Below, in pieces: positions 15,533 through 24,504 of a stretch of 39,034 bases of DNA (position 1 is the stretch's first letter; every line of letters starts with the position of its first letter). The position numbers and the translations under genes were made by a program. The DNA is taken from IMG/VR virus record IMGVR_UViG_3300032212_000065, positions 1 to 39,034 of that record. One strand, given 5' to 3'. Source of the stretch: a virus (lineage: Duplodnaviria; Caudoviricetes). Under the pieces are notes generated by a model. The model made no database searches, was not told the origin of the DNA, and saw only the letters and a list, made by a program, of their open reading frames with translations.

Positions 15533-15761
15533 ATGGGAAGGTAAATATAGATGTTTCGATGGTGGCTTATGCGGTGTGGGTGGGCATTGCAAGGATTGTC
15601 CGCTTAAGGTAATAAAGGGGCTGCAAGAGCAACTCAACACCCTCCGTAACGATACGATAGATGAGTGTATAGACGTAGCCGAAAACATGCGAATAGATGA
15701 ATACTCATCCTATGTTTTAAATGAGCTAATCGATAGGCTTGAAAGCCTTAAGGGGGAGTGA
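15525..15761 (+). CDS. Cys-containing hypothetical protein
   Basis: Likely start MSEWEGK; CFDGGLCGVGGHCKDCP. Confidence 0.6.
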   Translation: MSEWEGKYRCFDGGLCGVGGHCKDCPLKVIKGLQEQLNTLRNDTIDECIDVAENMRIDEYSSYVLNELIDRLESLKGE

Positions 15762-15943
15762 TGACAAACGGACTAGTAAATCCCTGTTATGGGAAACAGA
15801 GATCTATGAAAGATTACGAAGAGCTGGAAAAGTTACCAGAAGACTTTGGCGGCGAGTTCACTTGTGTTTCTGTATGGCGTGATGATACGCATACTAAAAA
15901 ACGATTAGCGATCGAGTTAATAAAACAACAGCCTTTCTTTTAA
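15758..15943 (+). CDS. Hypothetical protein, last rightward early gene
   Basis: Stop overlaps the convergent late-gene stop. Confidence 0.5.
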   Translation: MMTNGLVNPCYGKQRSMKDYEELEKLPEDFGGEFTCVSVWRDDTHTKKRLAIELIKQQPFF

Positions 15944-16521
15944 TAATCCATCCATAAGTATTTGAAATTCATAAGGGGGTTTCTGGAATTCCAGACCAGG
16001 GTCGCAAAGAAATTATAAAACGGATGTTCTGCCCGAATATCACCTAAGTCGAAGCTGTTCCCGAATGTTACCCCATCAAAGTCCACTTTCTTTAATTGCT
16101 TTTTAAATAGCACCGTGATGATATCCGCTGGCAGGATAGGGAGGATTTTTCGTTCTCCACTGGCAATAGACTCAATCAGACCTTTATCCGTGGTGTCATA
16201 ATTACTGTCGTCATCGAGCCACATCCACGCTATGAAGACGATAAGGTAGAATTGAACCGTATTCGTTTTTCGGTATTGAATAAAGCCGTCTCGACTCATC
16301 TGAGAGCCGTGATCGACGTTATCGGCTCGAAGCAATACCCAGCCATTTTGGGTTTCTATCGGGTTTCGTTCCCATAACCGTTTTAACCAGTTCTCTTTAT
16401 TGTTTTGCAGGACGTAGTTATAAACATAGTTGCGGTTATAGTCTCGGGAAGAAATGCAGGCAAACACCCAGAACCGGCTTAGCAGGTAAGCTAGGACAAG
16501 GAGGGAGAGTAGGTAAGTCAT
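15940..16521 (-). CDS. Membrane hypothetical protein, end of lysis region
   Basis: N-terminal and internal hydrophobic helices; WLDDD and WNSRNP motifs. Confidence 0.7.
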   Translation of the reverse strand: MTYLLSLLVLAYLLSRFWVFACISSRDYNRNYVYNYVLQNNKENWLKRLWERNPIETQNGWVLLRADNVDHGSQMSRDGFIQYRKTNTVQFYLIVFIAWMWLDDDSNYDTTDKGLIESIASGERKILPILPADIITVLFKKQLKKVDFDGVTFGNSFDLGDIRAEHPFYNFFATLVWNSRNPLMNFKYLWMDY

Positions 16522-17021
16522 TACTGCCCCATCGCCGTTTTGTCCTTACTTCCAGAGCTTGATCCGAACCAAAACTGCATAATATTGGACACCCCAGCCG
16601 TTAAGACACCAATCAACGCCGTCACCAGAATTTGTTGATCGTCTGGAATGGTGATAGATCCAGTAACCAAGGTATAAACCAGCCCAAAATAGCCACCAAT
16701 AAAAATAGCGGATAAAGCAATTTGAGGCCATTTATTCACCGTGAATAATTTTCTGGCGTCTTGGCGATCTTCGGCTTCGAGCTGTTTCTCACTCAGTCCG
16801 ATCTCTTTCATGCGGATCTTAAACGAGTGTTCAAGCCCTTTTATCTTGGCGAATGTCTCAGGATTCGCGGCAGAGATGGCCTGCTCTAATACGTCCTCAG
16901 AGGCGTTTTCATCCCCTAATAACTCACCGGCTAACCACTTAGAGGCCATGCCACCAAACGGGCCACCAAGTGCTGTACCGAGTACAGGGGCCACGCTTTT
17001 CACTAAACCTTTCCAGTTCAT
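16521..17021 (-). CDS. Holin-like protein (3TM-holin type)
   Basis: VAPVLGTALGGPFGG N-terminus, DRQDAR, two C-terminal TM helices, FWFGSSSGS..K signature; follows the endolysin. Confidence 0.8.
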   Translation of the reverse strand: MNWKGLVKSVAPVLGTALGGPFGGMASKWLAGELLGDENASEDVLEQAISAANPETFAKIKGLEHSFKIRMKEIGLSEKQLEAEDRQDARKLFTVNKWPQIALSAIFIGGYFGLVYTLVTGSITIPDDQQILVTALIGVLTAGVSNIMQFWFGSSSGSKDKTAMGQ

Positions 17022-17024
17022 GAG

Positions 17025-17471
17025 TTACTCCTTATACCAGCTTCTAACATCAAACGAGGGGCATTCTTTTACCCACTCCCATCGATCGATAATGCTATCT
17101 CCATTCACATCAGGGGATAGGTCTCGATGCCCGACTAATTGGGCACCTGGGAATACGTCAAACAGGGTGTCGAGATACCCCTTTAGTGTTGCGTATTGCT
17201 CGTTGGTGAAGTTGTCCTCTGCCTTACCATTACCGTCCACACCCCCCACCATACAAACGCCGATACTATGTCTATTATAGCCATAAGCATGGGCCCCGAT
17301 TTCAGAGATATCCCGTCCATGTTCTAGGACACCATTACGCCTGATAACATTATGGTAGCCGATTTCTCGCCAGCCTCGATCTCGGTGCCATTGGTCGATC
17401 TGGCTTACGCCAATGTCTTGATCCGGCTTAGTCGCGCTACAGTGAACCACGATCTCGTTAATTGTCCGCAT
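17025..17471 (-). CDS. Endolysin, N-acetylmuramoyl-L-alanine amidase (T7 lysozyme-like)
   Basis: IVVHCSAT, IGYH, GAHAYGYN..SIGVC.VGG, GHRDLSPD, KECPSFDV. Confidence 0.95.
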   Translation of the reverse strand: MRTINEIVVHCSATKPDQDIGVSQIDQWHRDRGWREIGYHNVIRRNGVLEHGRDISEIGAHAYGYNRHSIGVCMVGGVDGNGKAEDNFTNEQYATLKGYLDTLFDVFPGAQLVGHRDLSPDVNGDSIIDRWEWVKECPSFDVRSWYKE

Positions 17472-17758
17472 TAGTGATTATCCACGTGATTAAGACATCT
17501 TTGGATATCAAGCTTCATTTGCACATGGTCGTCTTTGCAGTTATTGGGGGTTTCCTGCAAGATGGTAATCGTCTTTGCGGGTTTTTCCGGTTTTTCGGAA
17601 GTTGCCTCAAGGTTTGATAATCGCTCAGCGGTCTCCATTGAGCCCATTCCGACCGCCACAAACCCACCCGCAAACAATAAGGGTAGTAATAACTGAATCA
17701 GTTTATTGTTGGTAATGAACGTTAAGACTCGATCAAAGACTTTGAATGCGGAGCCCAT
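17471..17758 (-). CDS. Single-TM protein with probable periplasmic tail (i-spanin-like candidate)
   Basis: TM LIQLLLPLLFAGGFVAVG, then helical tail with two Cys; in lysis cassette. Confidence 0.5.
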   Translation of the reverse strand: MGSAFKVFDRVLTFITNNKLIQLLLPLLFAGGFVAVGMGSMETAERLSNLEATSEKPEKPAKTITILQETPNNCKDDHVQMKLDIQRCLNHVDNH

Positions 17759-18111
17759 TAGAATCGACCGTTTATCCCGATACCGACTTGGGTCTTATTA
17801 ATCTCGTCGTAACCTACCGATCCGTTATACATGACGCCGTTGTATTTTTGAGCCATGCCAAATCCCGCACCTGTTTCATCACAGCTTAACCCAAACCCGA
17901 AACCCCATTGAGCGTCGTTAGTGTGCCAGTCCTGCTCTATTTGATCGAGCGCGACATTGGCACCACCCACATAACAATCTTCAAGCACATAGGTGTTATG
18001 GGTGTGGTAGTTGTTGATAACGGGCGGTTTTCGTCCACCTGCATTAGCAATGAGGGCCCAGCCTAACAGGCCCAGGATTAGAAAGATTCCGGCTAAGTCT
18101 TTAATGGTCAT
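17758..18111 (-). CDS. Secreted protein consisting almost only of a YadA-type (trimeric autotransporter) anchor
   Basis: Signal peptide ending ANA; helix GGANVALDQI; four Gly/aromatic amphipathic strands; terminal Phe (VGIGINGRF). Confidence 0.6.
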   Translation of the reverse strand: MTIKDLAGIFLILGLLGWALIANAGGRKPPVINNYHTHNTYVLEDCYVGGANVALDQIEQDWHTNDAQWGFGFGLSCDETGAGFGMAQKYNGVMYNGSVGYDEINKTQVGIGINGRF

Positions 18112-18119
18112 AGTGACTC

Positions 18120-18425
18120 CTAGTTGTGTCCGTTTTTAAAATAATACCAAACCCCGCCGATAGCAATAAGGACGCCAGCTACCCATTTTACGGCGCTTCC
18201 TACCCATTTCATCACCTTGAATGCGCCCTGAGAAGCGGCCCATACCTCCATAATAGTTTCTGTTTTGGATGCCAGCGAAGCGACGGCGGTGGTGTTTTCT
18301 TTGATACTGGCGAGTAATTCAGTGTTAAATTGCTGTTGCTCCGTGCGGTGCATCTCAAACGCCTCCTGGTGTAGAACAAACTCTTGGTAGAATCCTTCGA
18401 GCTTGTCGTCTGAAAATCTAGGCAT
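18120..18425 (-). CDS. Coiled-coil plus C-terminal TM protein (holin/antiholin-like)
   Basis: ENT...GAFKVMKWVGSAVKWVAGVLIAIGGVW pattern typical of first lysis-cassette genes. Confidence 0.6.
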   Translation of the reverse strand: MPRFSDDKLEGFYQEFVLHQEAFEMHRTEQQQFNTELLASIKENTTAVASLASKTETIMEVWAASQGAFKVMKWVGSAVKWVAGVLIAIGGVWYYFKNGHN

Positions 18426-18632
18426 GAATTATACCTCTTTTGTTGGGGGTGTAATGTTTGCAATTTGCAATATAGTTAAAATTAGTCTATATCCTTAGCA
18501 TATTAGTAATTAAGAATATTAGATGAATATGGAAGCACTTAAGAAATACTTTGAACAGCGGCAAGAATTTGAATTTTTAGAGATTCTTGAGGATGTTGTG
18601 TTACCCTTAAAAAATGGATCTTCTGATTATAT

Positions 18633-20339
18633 TCATTGTCTTTGTGGTGATAGCGAATTGGGTGGAGTCGAACTTTCCTGATTGGTAAGCCCTTCCATTA
18701 AATCGCTTAATGCTTTCGCCTGCACGCCTTCTGGTAAGCTCATCAATCGATCAACCATCGTCGGCGTTATCTTTGTTAATCTGTCTTGATAAGGGGCAGA
18801 TAATAATATTTTTCGCAAAGCGGGTCGTGCAAACATTAAAGCTAGGTATTGAGGTTGTTGAGTGGCTGCTGCCCCGCCTACCCCTGCGACCATATCCATT
18901 GGTCTAAAGTTGGTGGTTTGAGGCGGTGAGGTTTGTGCGGCCCCTTTGAACTGTTGACCAAACTTAGCCACATCCCGGATAACCCCAGAAAGAGGTTTTC
19001 GCTTATCTAGCATCCGACCCAGAGCCACGGCGTCCACGTTTTCGCCTTTCAAGGCATTTTCAACGGTATAGGTTTTAGCAATGGTTTGCCTAGCCGCCTT
19101 AAGTTCTGGCACCAGTTCAGGATTTTTACCCTTTAACCCTCGCTCGAGCACTTTTTCCAATGCATTCGCTATCTTCCCAGACGCTCTGGCTTGAGCCACA
19201 ATCGCCGGATCGGCGGATTTAAAGCCGGTCGATGAGTTGGCGCGTAATTGTTTTACCGCATCCACAATCGCTTCGGATGAGAGTTGTTTTTTATTAAAGG
19301 CTTTCACTAGGTTGACTACATCGGCTTGTTTGAGTTCTGGGATCTCTTTGGCCAACGCCGATCCCCTTGAGGCGATTCTGTTCAAGTCCTTTTTGAAAGT
19401 CGCATCTAAAGTAATCGTTCCCGCCTGTTTGGCGCGTTCGTACACCGAGCCCATTTGACTCCGTAGCCCATCCAGCCCTTCTGCGGATAAAGGGATATCA
19501 TCAGGGTAACCCAGCTCCCGCTTAATCAGGCTATTGGTCACCCCTTGGTTATGTACAGAGGCGGCTTGTTTAGTCGGAACGGGACCGGCCACACCTTCCG
19601 CGAATTGCTGCGTCTTCGTGCCTTTCGCCATCGCCGGAGGGAGTTTGTAGCCGTATTCTCTTGCCCGCTTAACAAACGTTCTCGCCGTAGACTGGGGTAG
19701 GGTTTGCGGTGCGACCATTCCGCCGGCCAAGGTTGCGGCAAACTCACCGGCGGGGCCTAGATCAGCTTCTTTAGCTGCGCCGCCGGCAAGACCGGCCCCC
19801 GCCATAGAAGTGACTTGTTGGCCAGGAGCGGCGGCCATGGTTTTAGCGATATTGCTTGCAGATGAGGCTTTCTGGGCTGCGCCCAATACAGGGACACCGG
19901 CGCCTAACATTTGCTGACCCTGGGAGATAATACGCTCACCCGCTCCTTTAGCCTCAGGCAGCCCTAAAGCATCAGCGGCATCACTCTGACCGCCGGCTAG
20001 ATCGGGACCGCCTGCATACTGCACAGCGGCCCGGATAGGCGTTCCGGCAAAATCCACAATCCCCTCAAAGCCTGTTAATAGATTGCGCCCCGCCAGTCCG
20101 GCTTGTCTTAACGCGCTTTTGCCGATGTCTTTGGCTCGTTCGCTTGCGGACATGTCCTCTTGACCCATAATCCAGGCGGTTAGTCCTTCGTGCTGACGCG
20201 GCGGTGCTTCGTTCGAGGGGTCTTGTTGGGAGAATTGATTCTGTTGAGCAAATTGCGTGACCTGTTCAGGCGTGGTGCCTTCGGGCACTTCAAACTTAGC
20301 AATTCGTCCGTCTTCTAGTTGTACTCTGGCAATCGGCAT
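18633..20339 (-). CDS. Ejection (DNA transfer) protein, P22 gp16 position
   Basis: MPIARVQLEDGRIAKFEVPEGTTPEQV N-terminus; Ala/Gly-rich helical body; third gene of the trio. Confidence 0.7.
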   Translation of the reverse strand: MPIARVQLEDGRIAKFEVPEGTTPEQVTQFAQQNQFSQQDPSNEAPPRQHEGLTAWIMGQEDMSASERAKDIGKSALRQAGLAGRNLLTGFEGIVDFAGTPIRAAVQYAGGPDLAGGQSDAADALGLPEAKGAGERIISQGQQMLGAGVPVLGAAQKASSASNIAKTMAAAPGQQVTSMAGAGLAGGAAKEADLGPAGEFAATLAGGMVAPQTLPQSTARTFVKRAREYGYKLPPAMAKGTKTQQFAEGVAGPVPTKQAASVHNQGVTNSLIKRELGYPDDIPLSAEGLDGLRSQMGSVYERAKQAGTITLDATFKKDLNRIASRGSALAKEIPELKQADVVNLVKAFNKKQLSSEAIVDAVKQLRANSSTGFKSADPAIVAQARASGKIANALEKVLERGLKGKNPELVPELKAARQTIAKTYTVENALKGENVDAVALGRMLDKRKPLSGVIRDVAKFGQQFKGAAQTSPPQTTNFRPMDMVAGVGGAAATQQPQYLALMFARPALRKILLSAPYQDRLTKITPTMVDRLMSLPEGVQAKALSDLMEGLTNQESSTPPNSLSPQRQ

Positions 20340-21379
20340 TATTCAAACCCTATAAATTTTATACCAGATGGTTGCTGCTCTACCCCTTTCAATTCCATCT
20401 CCTTAGTCTCAATATCACGGATCTTTTGTTCAATAAACGCATCCAATGTGGCCTTTTTTTGCTCGGGGGCCGCGTTAACATCTAACAGGGTCGCTCGCAA
20501 ACTTTCACCCTCCGCCACGGTAAAGGCCGCGCCAAAGGTTTCACGTAACAACGGTAAGACCTGATTATTGACAATCGCGGTCATTTTGACCCTTGCCGTT
20601 GAGCCCTTCGTTGCACCAAAGCCTGCTTGCTTAACCGCTTCGTCATAGGCCCGCCCGGTCAGGGTATAAGTGCCCACATCGGATAGTTGAACCAGTTTAT
20701 CAACTACCTCCCGAAGACCAGGAAGCGCCGCTTTTGCCTTGGTTAAGCTTGTGAAGCTTTCGCCACGACTCTTGGCCTCGACTTCAGCTTGTTTAATGGC
20801 GCGCTGTATCTGGGGGCGCATCTTGAGTTGAACCTCTGACTTGGCCTGTTCCCCGGCTCTGGCCTTGCTGCCTGTAATTTGGGCCTGAGTTTGTGCGACT
20901 TGTCCGGCAAGGCTTGGATCTTGGGCGATCCGTTCCTGTGCAGAACTCTGCTTCCAGCCTCTAAACTCTTTTTTCTTATCTTCAGGTAATTGCTGACTAA
21001 ACGTATAGTTACGCATCTCGGCGGTCATGTTTTTTAGCTTATCCTGCGTCATTCCTAAGACCCGATTCATATAGTCAGGGGTATAGTTAGGATTCATTTG
21101 CTCAGGCTGAACAATGCCTAATGCACCAATCTCTTGACGCCAGGCGTCATAACTGCCTTGATCGGACACAAACCGACCCTTTTGCAACATCATATTTAAC
21201 CCTTGCTGAGCCTGTTGTAATTCCGCCCCTTGCTGTTGAGTCTGATGTCGATCTCTTTGCATCTGCATCCGTTCAGGCATTTGCTTCATGAGCTGTTCAT
21301 TCATGGCGTTCTGATTTCCCTGCTCGACAGCCTGACCATAATTAAAAACATTCATTTTAGGAGGGATAATTTGTGCCAT
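20339..21379 (-). CDS. Ejection protein, P22 gp20 position
   Basis: Gln/Ala-rich helical protein; FGAAFTVAEGE motif; position. Confidence 0.65.
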   Translation of the reverse strand: MAQIIPPKMNVFNYGQAVEQGNQNAMNEQLMKQMPERMQMQRDRHQTQQQGAELQQAQQGLNMMLQKGRFVSDQGSYDAWRQEIGALGIVQPEQMNPNYTPDYMNRVLGMTQDKLKNMTAEMRNYTFSQQLPEDKKKEFRGWKQSSAQERIAQDPSLAGQVAQTQAQITGSKARAGEQAKSEVQLKMRPQIQRAIKQAEVEAKSRGESFTSLTKAKAALPGLREVVDKLVQLSDVGTYTLTGRAYDEAVKQAGFGATKGSTARVKMTAIVNNQVLPLLRETFGAAFTVAEGESLRATLLDVNAAPEQKKATLDAFIEQKIRDIETKEMELKGVEQQPSGIKFIGFE

Positions 21380-22746
21380 TAGTTTGGATTCCCCCAGACA
21401 TCACCGCGATAAAACGTATTACGGGGATCCGTCTGATTAAACATATTATTCATGTTCTGTTGTTGTTGCCATTGGGTAAAGTTCTGTAACCCGCCCTGTA
21501 TCGCATTGTTCCAATTCGCCCCGCGTTGACCCGCGATATTCGCCGCATTCGCCCCGCCCTGCATACCGATACTAGCTAAGGCATTTCCGGTATTAATATT
21601 AGCACTTCCGGCCCCGGAGGCGGTATTCGCGCCGGCAGAGGCAACGGTATTGACCGATTGAGGGCCAAATCCGGCCATTTGCATGATGCGAGAAAGATAA
21701 TTTTGTTTATCTTGATTGGTTTGTTGATGTTTGGACAATTCACGATTAAAGAAATTGCCATACTCCTGTGATCCAAGTCCCTGTCTAAACCGTTCCATTT
21801 CCTTTAAGGCCCGACCCGAGGCATTCATGCCTGACGCGGACAATTGGTTCTGCATGCCCTTTTCGCCTTCGCTTAGGCGAAACTGGTAACCGGGATCGGC
21901 CCGGAATTCCCCTGGCTCAAACTCAGAAGGCATAAAATTAGGAAGAGGGCCGGATTCAGCCGGTGGAGGGCCTGCCGAAGGCCTTAGATTTCGCCCCCCG
22001 GTGTAATCAGTTAGACGCGTCCCCTCGCTGGGGACGTAATCAGGTAGAGTATAGGTTCCTGTGTCTTGAAACCCGAAGAAATTTAGCGGGTCTTCGGGTT
22101 CTAGAAGGCCCCCTATGTTGCTGGGATTAAAGCGATCTTTATAGTAATCAAGGTTTCGACTTAAAGCAGCGCTGGGGTCACCACCAAATAAAACGGAATG
22201 GGGACGAAAGTCACCCGATTGACCGACACTCGCCTCACCTTCTGCACTGTACTGCATCGGTTGTAGATATTCTGGTGTAAACGCAATATTCGGATCGGTA
22301 TAGCTACCATAACCTTGGGGAAGGAGGGCTTGATTTAAGAAGTTCATTGCCCCAATGCCGGTGGTCCGACCGGCTAAGGTGTCACGTCGAGCCAGTTCAT
22401 ACTGACGTTGGTACTCTTCTTGGGCGCGACGGTTCATCTCCATAGTTCGCTGTGACGCGTTCTCAGTGGATTGAGCATTAATCGCTGATTGATCGCTCGC
22501 GGCTCGATTACTGGCCGCGCCGCCTAATAATGAACCTGCTGCACTGACGACCGCACCCCAGAAATTACCATCTTCCCCCTTGGCGATATGTTCGTACTCA
22601 TGAGCCAGAACGGTGGCTTCTTCCTGTGGATTGAGCCCTTTTTTTAGATAAATGGTATTTTTACTGGACTCAGCACGACCGGGGTTATCGGGATGGCCGG
22701 ACAGTTTATTCATGGTGTTTCTGGAAACGCGTTTAACCTGTGTCAT
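21379..22746 (-). CDS. Ejection protein, P22 gp7-like, with N-terminal HExxH domain
   Basis: AGGAG RBS before MTQVKR; GAVVSAAGSLLGG and DPGYQFRL.EG...SGRALKE motifs typical of gp7-like proteins; LAHEYEH near the N-terminus. Confidence 0.75.
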   Translation of the reverse strand: MTQVKRVSRNTMNKLSGHPDNPGRAESSKNTIYLKKGLNPQEEATVLAHEYEHIAKGEDGNFWGAVVSAAGSLLGGAASNRAASDQSAINAQSTENASQRTMEMNRRAQEEYQRQYELARRDTLAGRTTGIGAMNFLNQALLPQGYGSYTDPNIAFTPEYLQPMQYSAEGEASVGQSGDFRPHSVLFGGDPSAALSRNLDYYKDRFNPSNIGGLLEPEDPLNFFGFQDTGTYTLPDYVPSEGTRLTDYTGGRNLRPSAGPPPAESGPLPNFMPSEFEPGEFRADPGYQFRLSEGEKGMQNQLSASGMNASGRALKEMERFRQGLGSQEYGNFFNRELSKHQQTNQDKQNYLSRIMQMAGFGPQSVNTVASAGANTASGAGSANINTGNALASIGMQGGANAANIAGQRGANWNNAIQGGLQNFTQWQQQQNMNNMFNQTDPRNTFYRGDVWGNPN

Positions 22747-22747
22747 G

Positions 22748-23101
22748 TTATCTCCTGACAGCAATGATGAGATAGTCTTCACTACTTGGATCGATAGCCA
22801 AGGCGGTCGTATTCATATAAGTAATCGATAAGGTGTTAGCCGCGCTCACTCTAGCGTTAACAATCCCTAATCCGGCATCATGGGTAGGCTTGTTGACCGT
22901 GATAATGTCTTGGGTGGTTAGTCCGTTCACGGTGAACGATTGCTCGCTAGTCGTACTCGCCGCCACCGAAGCCGGGTCGATGGTCACGGTGAAGGTTTGA
23001 ACCTTGGCAAACACGCTTTGGAGCCTGAGTAGCCATTTATAGATCTTACTGGTGGGGTCTAGCTCTAAGTGTTTAGGGGGTTCAATGCCGGTTTCTATCA
23101 T
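22748..23101 (-). CDS. Small virion protein at the tail-needle (gp26) position
   Basis: Beta-rich, Thr/Val-rich; directly after the gp10-like gene. Confidence 0.6.
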   Translation of the reverse strand: MIETGIEPPKHLELDPTSKIYKWLLRLQSVFAKVQTFTVTIDPASVAASTTSEQSFTVNGLTTQDIITVNKPTHDAGLGIVNARVSAANTLSITYMNTTALAIDPSSEDYLIIAVRR

Positions 23102-24504
23102 CAGTCTATCGTCGAGGTCACGTCGGCATAGGCATCAATAATACCCGCCAGAACCTTATCGGTAACTCTAAATTCAAACACTCGCCCCCTTGAGCTGCCC
23201 AAGCGTCGCCAAATACACCGAGTCGTATGCTCGCCAATCTTACCCATGCTTCGATTTAGCCAGGATGACCATGTGTTCGCACCGTCATCCGAATATCGTA
23301 ATTGAATGACGGGATCGGGGTCATCGGTATTCCCCACACCGGACTCGATATCAATCACCACTTGATCGTATATCACCATGTGGTTGTTGTTATGAATGAC
23401 CTGTGATCGCCGATACCGCTCGATCACTTCTCCGTCTTCGGTGTAATTATCAAAATCCAACTCATAAAGTTTACCATTATCATAATCCATCCCGAATTGA
23501 CGACCCCCCAAAGAGCCGTACCCTAGCACCCGATGACGCCCTATTCCGTAGGTTTTTAGTCGATGGGGTAGGCTGGTCTGAAGATTAAAGGCATAGGTTA
23601 TGTCGGCTGAGGGAAATGTTAAAATATAGTAATTCTCCCCTTTCATGTCATAAATCGCGCCAATAGCATCATTCGTCACGCTGAGCTGATTAATAGTCCA
23701 GGTGATATCTGGATCGGAGATAGCCCGTCCGGTAAAGCCTTGAATGTGAACCACAACCAACCCACCGCCCACCTTTTGAGCCAAGCAATATAACCCATTA
23801 TCATCACGGGCTAGCGAGAATTTAGCATGAATACCGTATTCAATCGTGTTGGGATAGGGATCAAAGAGAAAATCTTGGTTGCCTGAATTGTAATAAGGTT
23901 GAATCGTGTCGGCGCCAAACAGGTATAAATCCTTGGTGGTGGTCTCAAAAGCCAGAATATCATCCGGTGAGGCCTCTGCTGAGGCAAAGTCTAGGGCGGA
24001 CCAGGAAGTCGGGTCTTCGGCGGCAGAAATATAAAATTGATCAGTGCCCGTATCATTAATGATAAAACGACTATCGAGATAAGCGCAGTGCGAAGCGTCG
24101 TCTGGATAGTCCAGATCAGAAATAACCGCAAACGTGGTCCCGTCATAAGTATACCCGTTCGTCCCATCGGTGATCATGATGTAAGCCCGCCCCACCGCGA
24201 TAACACACCACCCCGCAGAGGTATTGAGCGTACCAATGGTCGTCACGACATCTAAAGGGTTGATACTAAAAAAGACATTTCCAGAGATCCCGTATAAATC
24301 ATCTTGCCAGACCTTCATGTTGGCCCGTCCTGGGCCGGGGCTGACAGTGGTTACTAAGGTTAATCCCGCGGCGGGCATCAGAGATAACCCTGATTTCGAA
24401 TCAGGGCTTTCTATTTTTGGGATCCAATTAATGGTTTGTTGATCTTTTACCTTCGCGATCCGATGAGTGGATTGCCCGCCCAAAAGAGGGATTTTAGATC
24501 TCAC
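23101..24504 (-). CDS. Tail hub / packaged DNA stabilization protein, P22 gp10-like
   Basis: LDFASAEASPDDI, LRYSDDGANTWS, WRRLG..RGRVF motifs; GTG start overlapping the tailspike stop. Confidence 0.9.
   Translation of the reverse strand: MRSKIPLLGGQSTHRIAKVKDQQTINWIPKIESPDSKSGLSLMPAAGLTLVTTVSPGPGRANMKVWQDDLYGISGNVFFSINPLDVVTTIGTLNTSAGWCVIAVGRAYIMITDGTNGYTYDGTTFAVISDLDYPDDASHCAYLDSRFIINDTGTDQFYISAAEDPTSWSALDFASAEASPDDILAFETTTKDLYLFGADTIQPYYNSGNQDFLFDPYPNTIEYGIHAKFSLARDDNGLYCLAQKVGGGLVVVHIQGFTGRAISDPDITWTINQLSVTNDAIGAIYDMKGENYYILTFPSADITYAFNLQTSLPHRLKTYGIGRHRVLGYGSLGGRQFGMDYDNGKLYELDFDNYTEDGEVIERYRRSQVIHNNNHMVIYDQVVIDIESGVGNTDDPDPVIQLRYSDDGANTWSSWLNRSMGKIGEHTTRCIWRRLGSSRGRVFEFRVTDKVLAGIIDAYADVTSTID

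Noticed and set aside
18455-18485. Possible dif/Xer site (…ATATAGTTAAAAT)
   Set aside because: Only loose similarity to the XerD arm TTATGTTAAAT and no XerC arm; the region is simply AT-rich
20538-20553. Third parS-like sequence GGTTTCACGTAACAAC
   Set aside because: Right half is not palindromic and it lies inside a coding region
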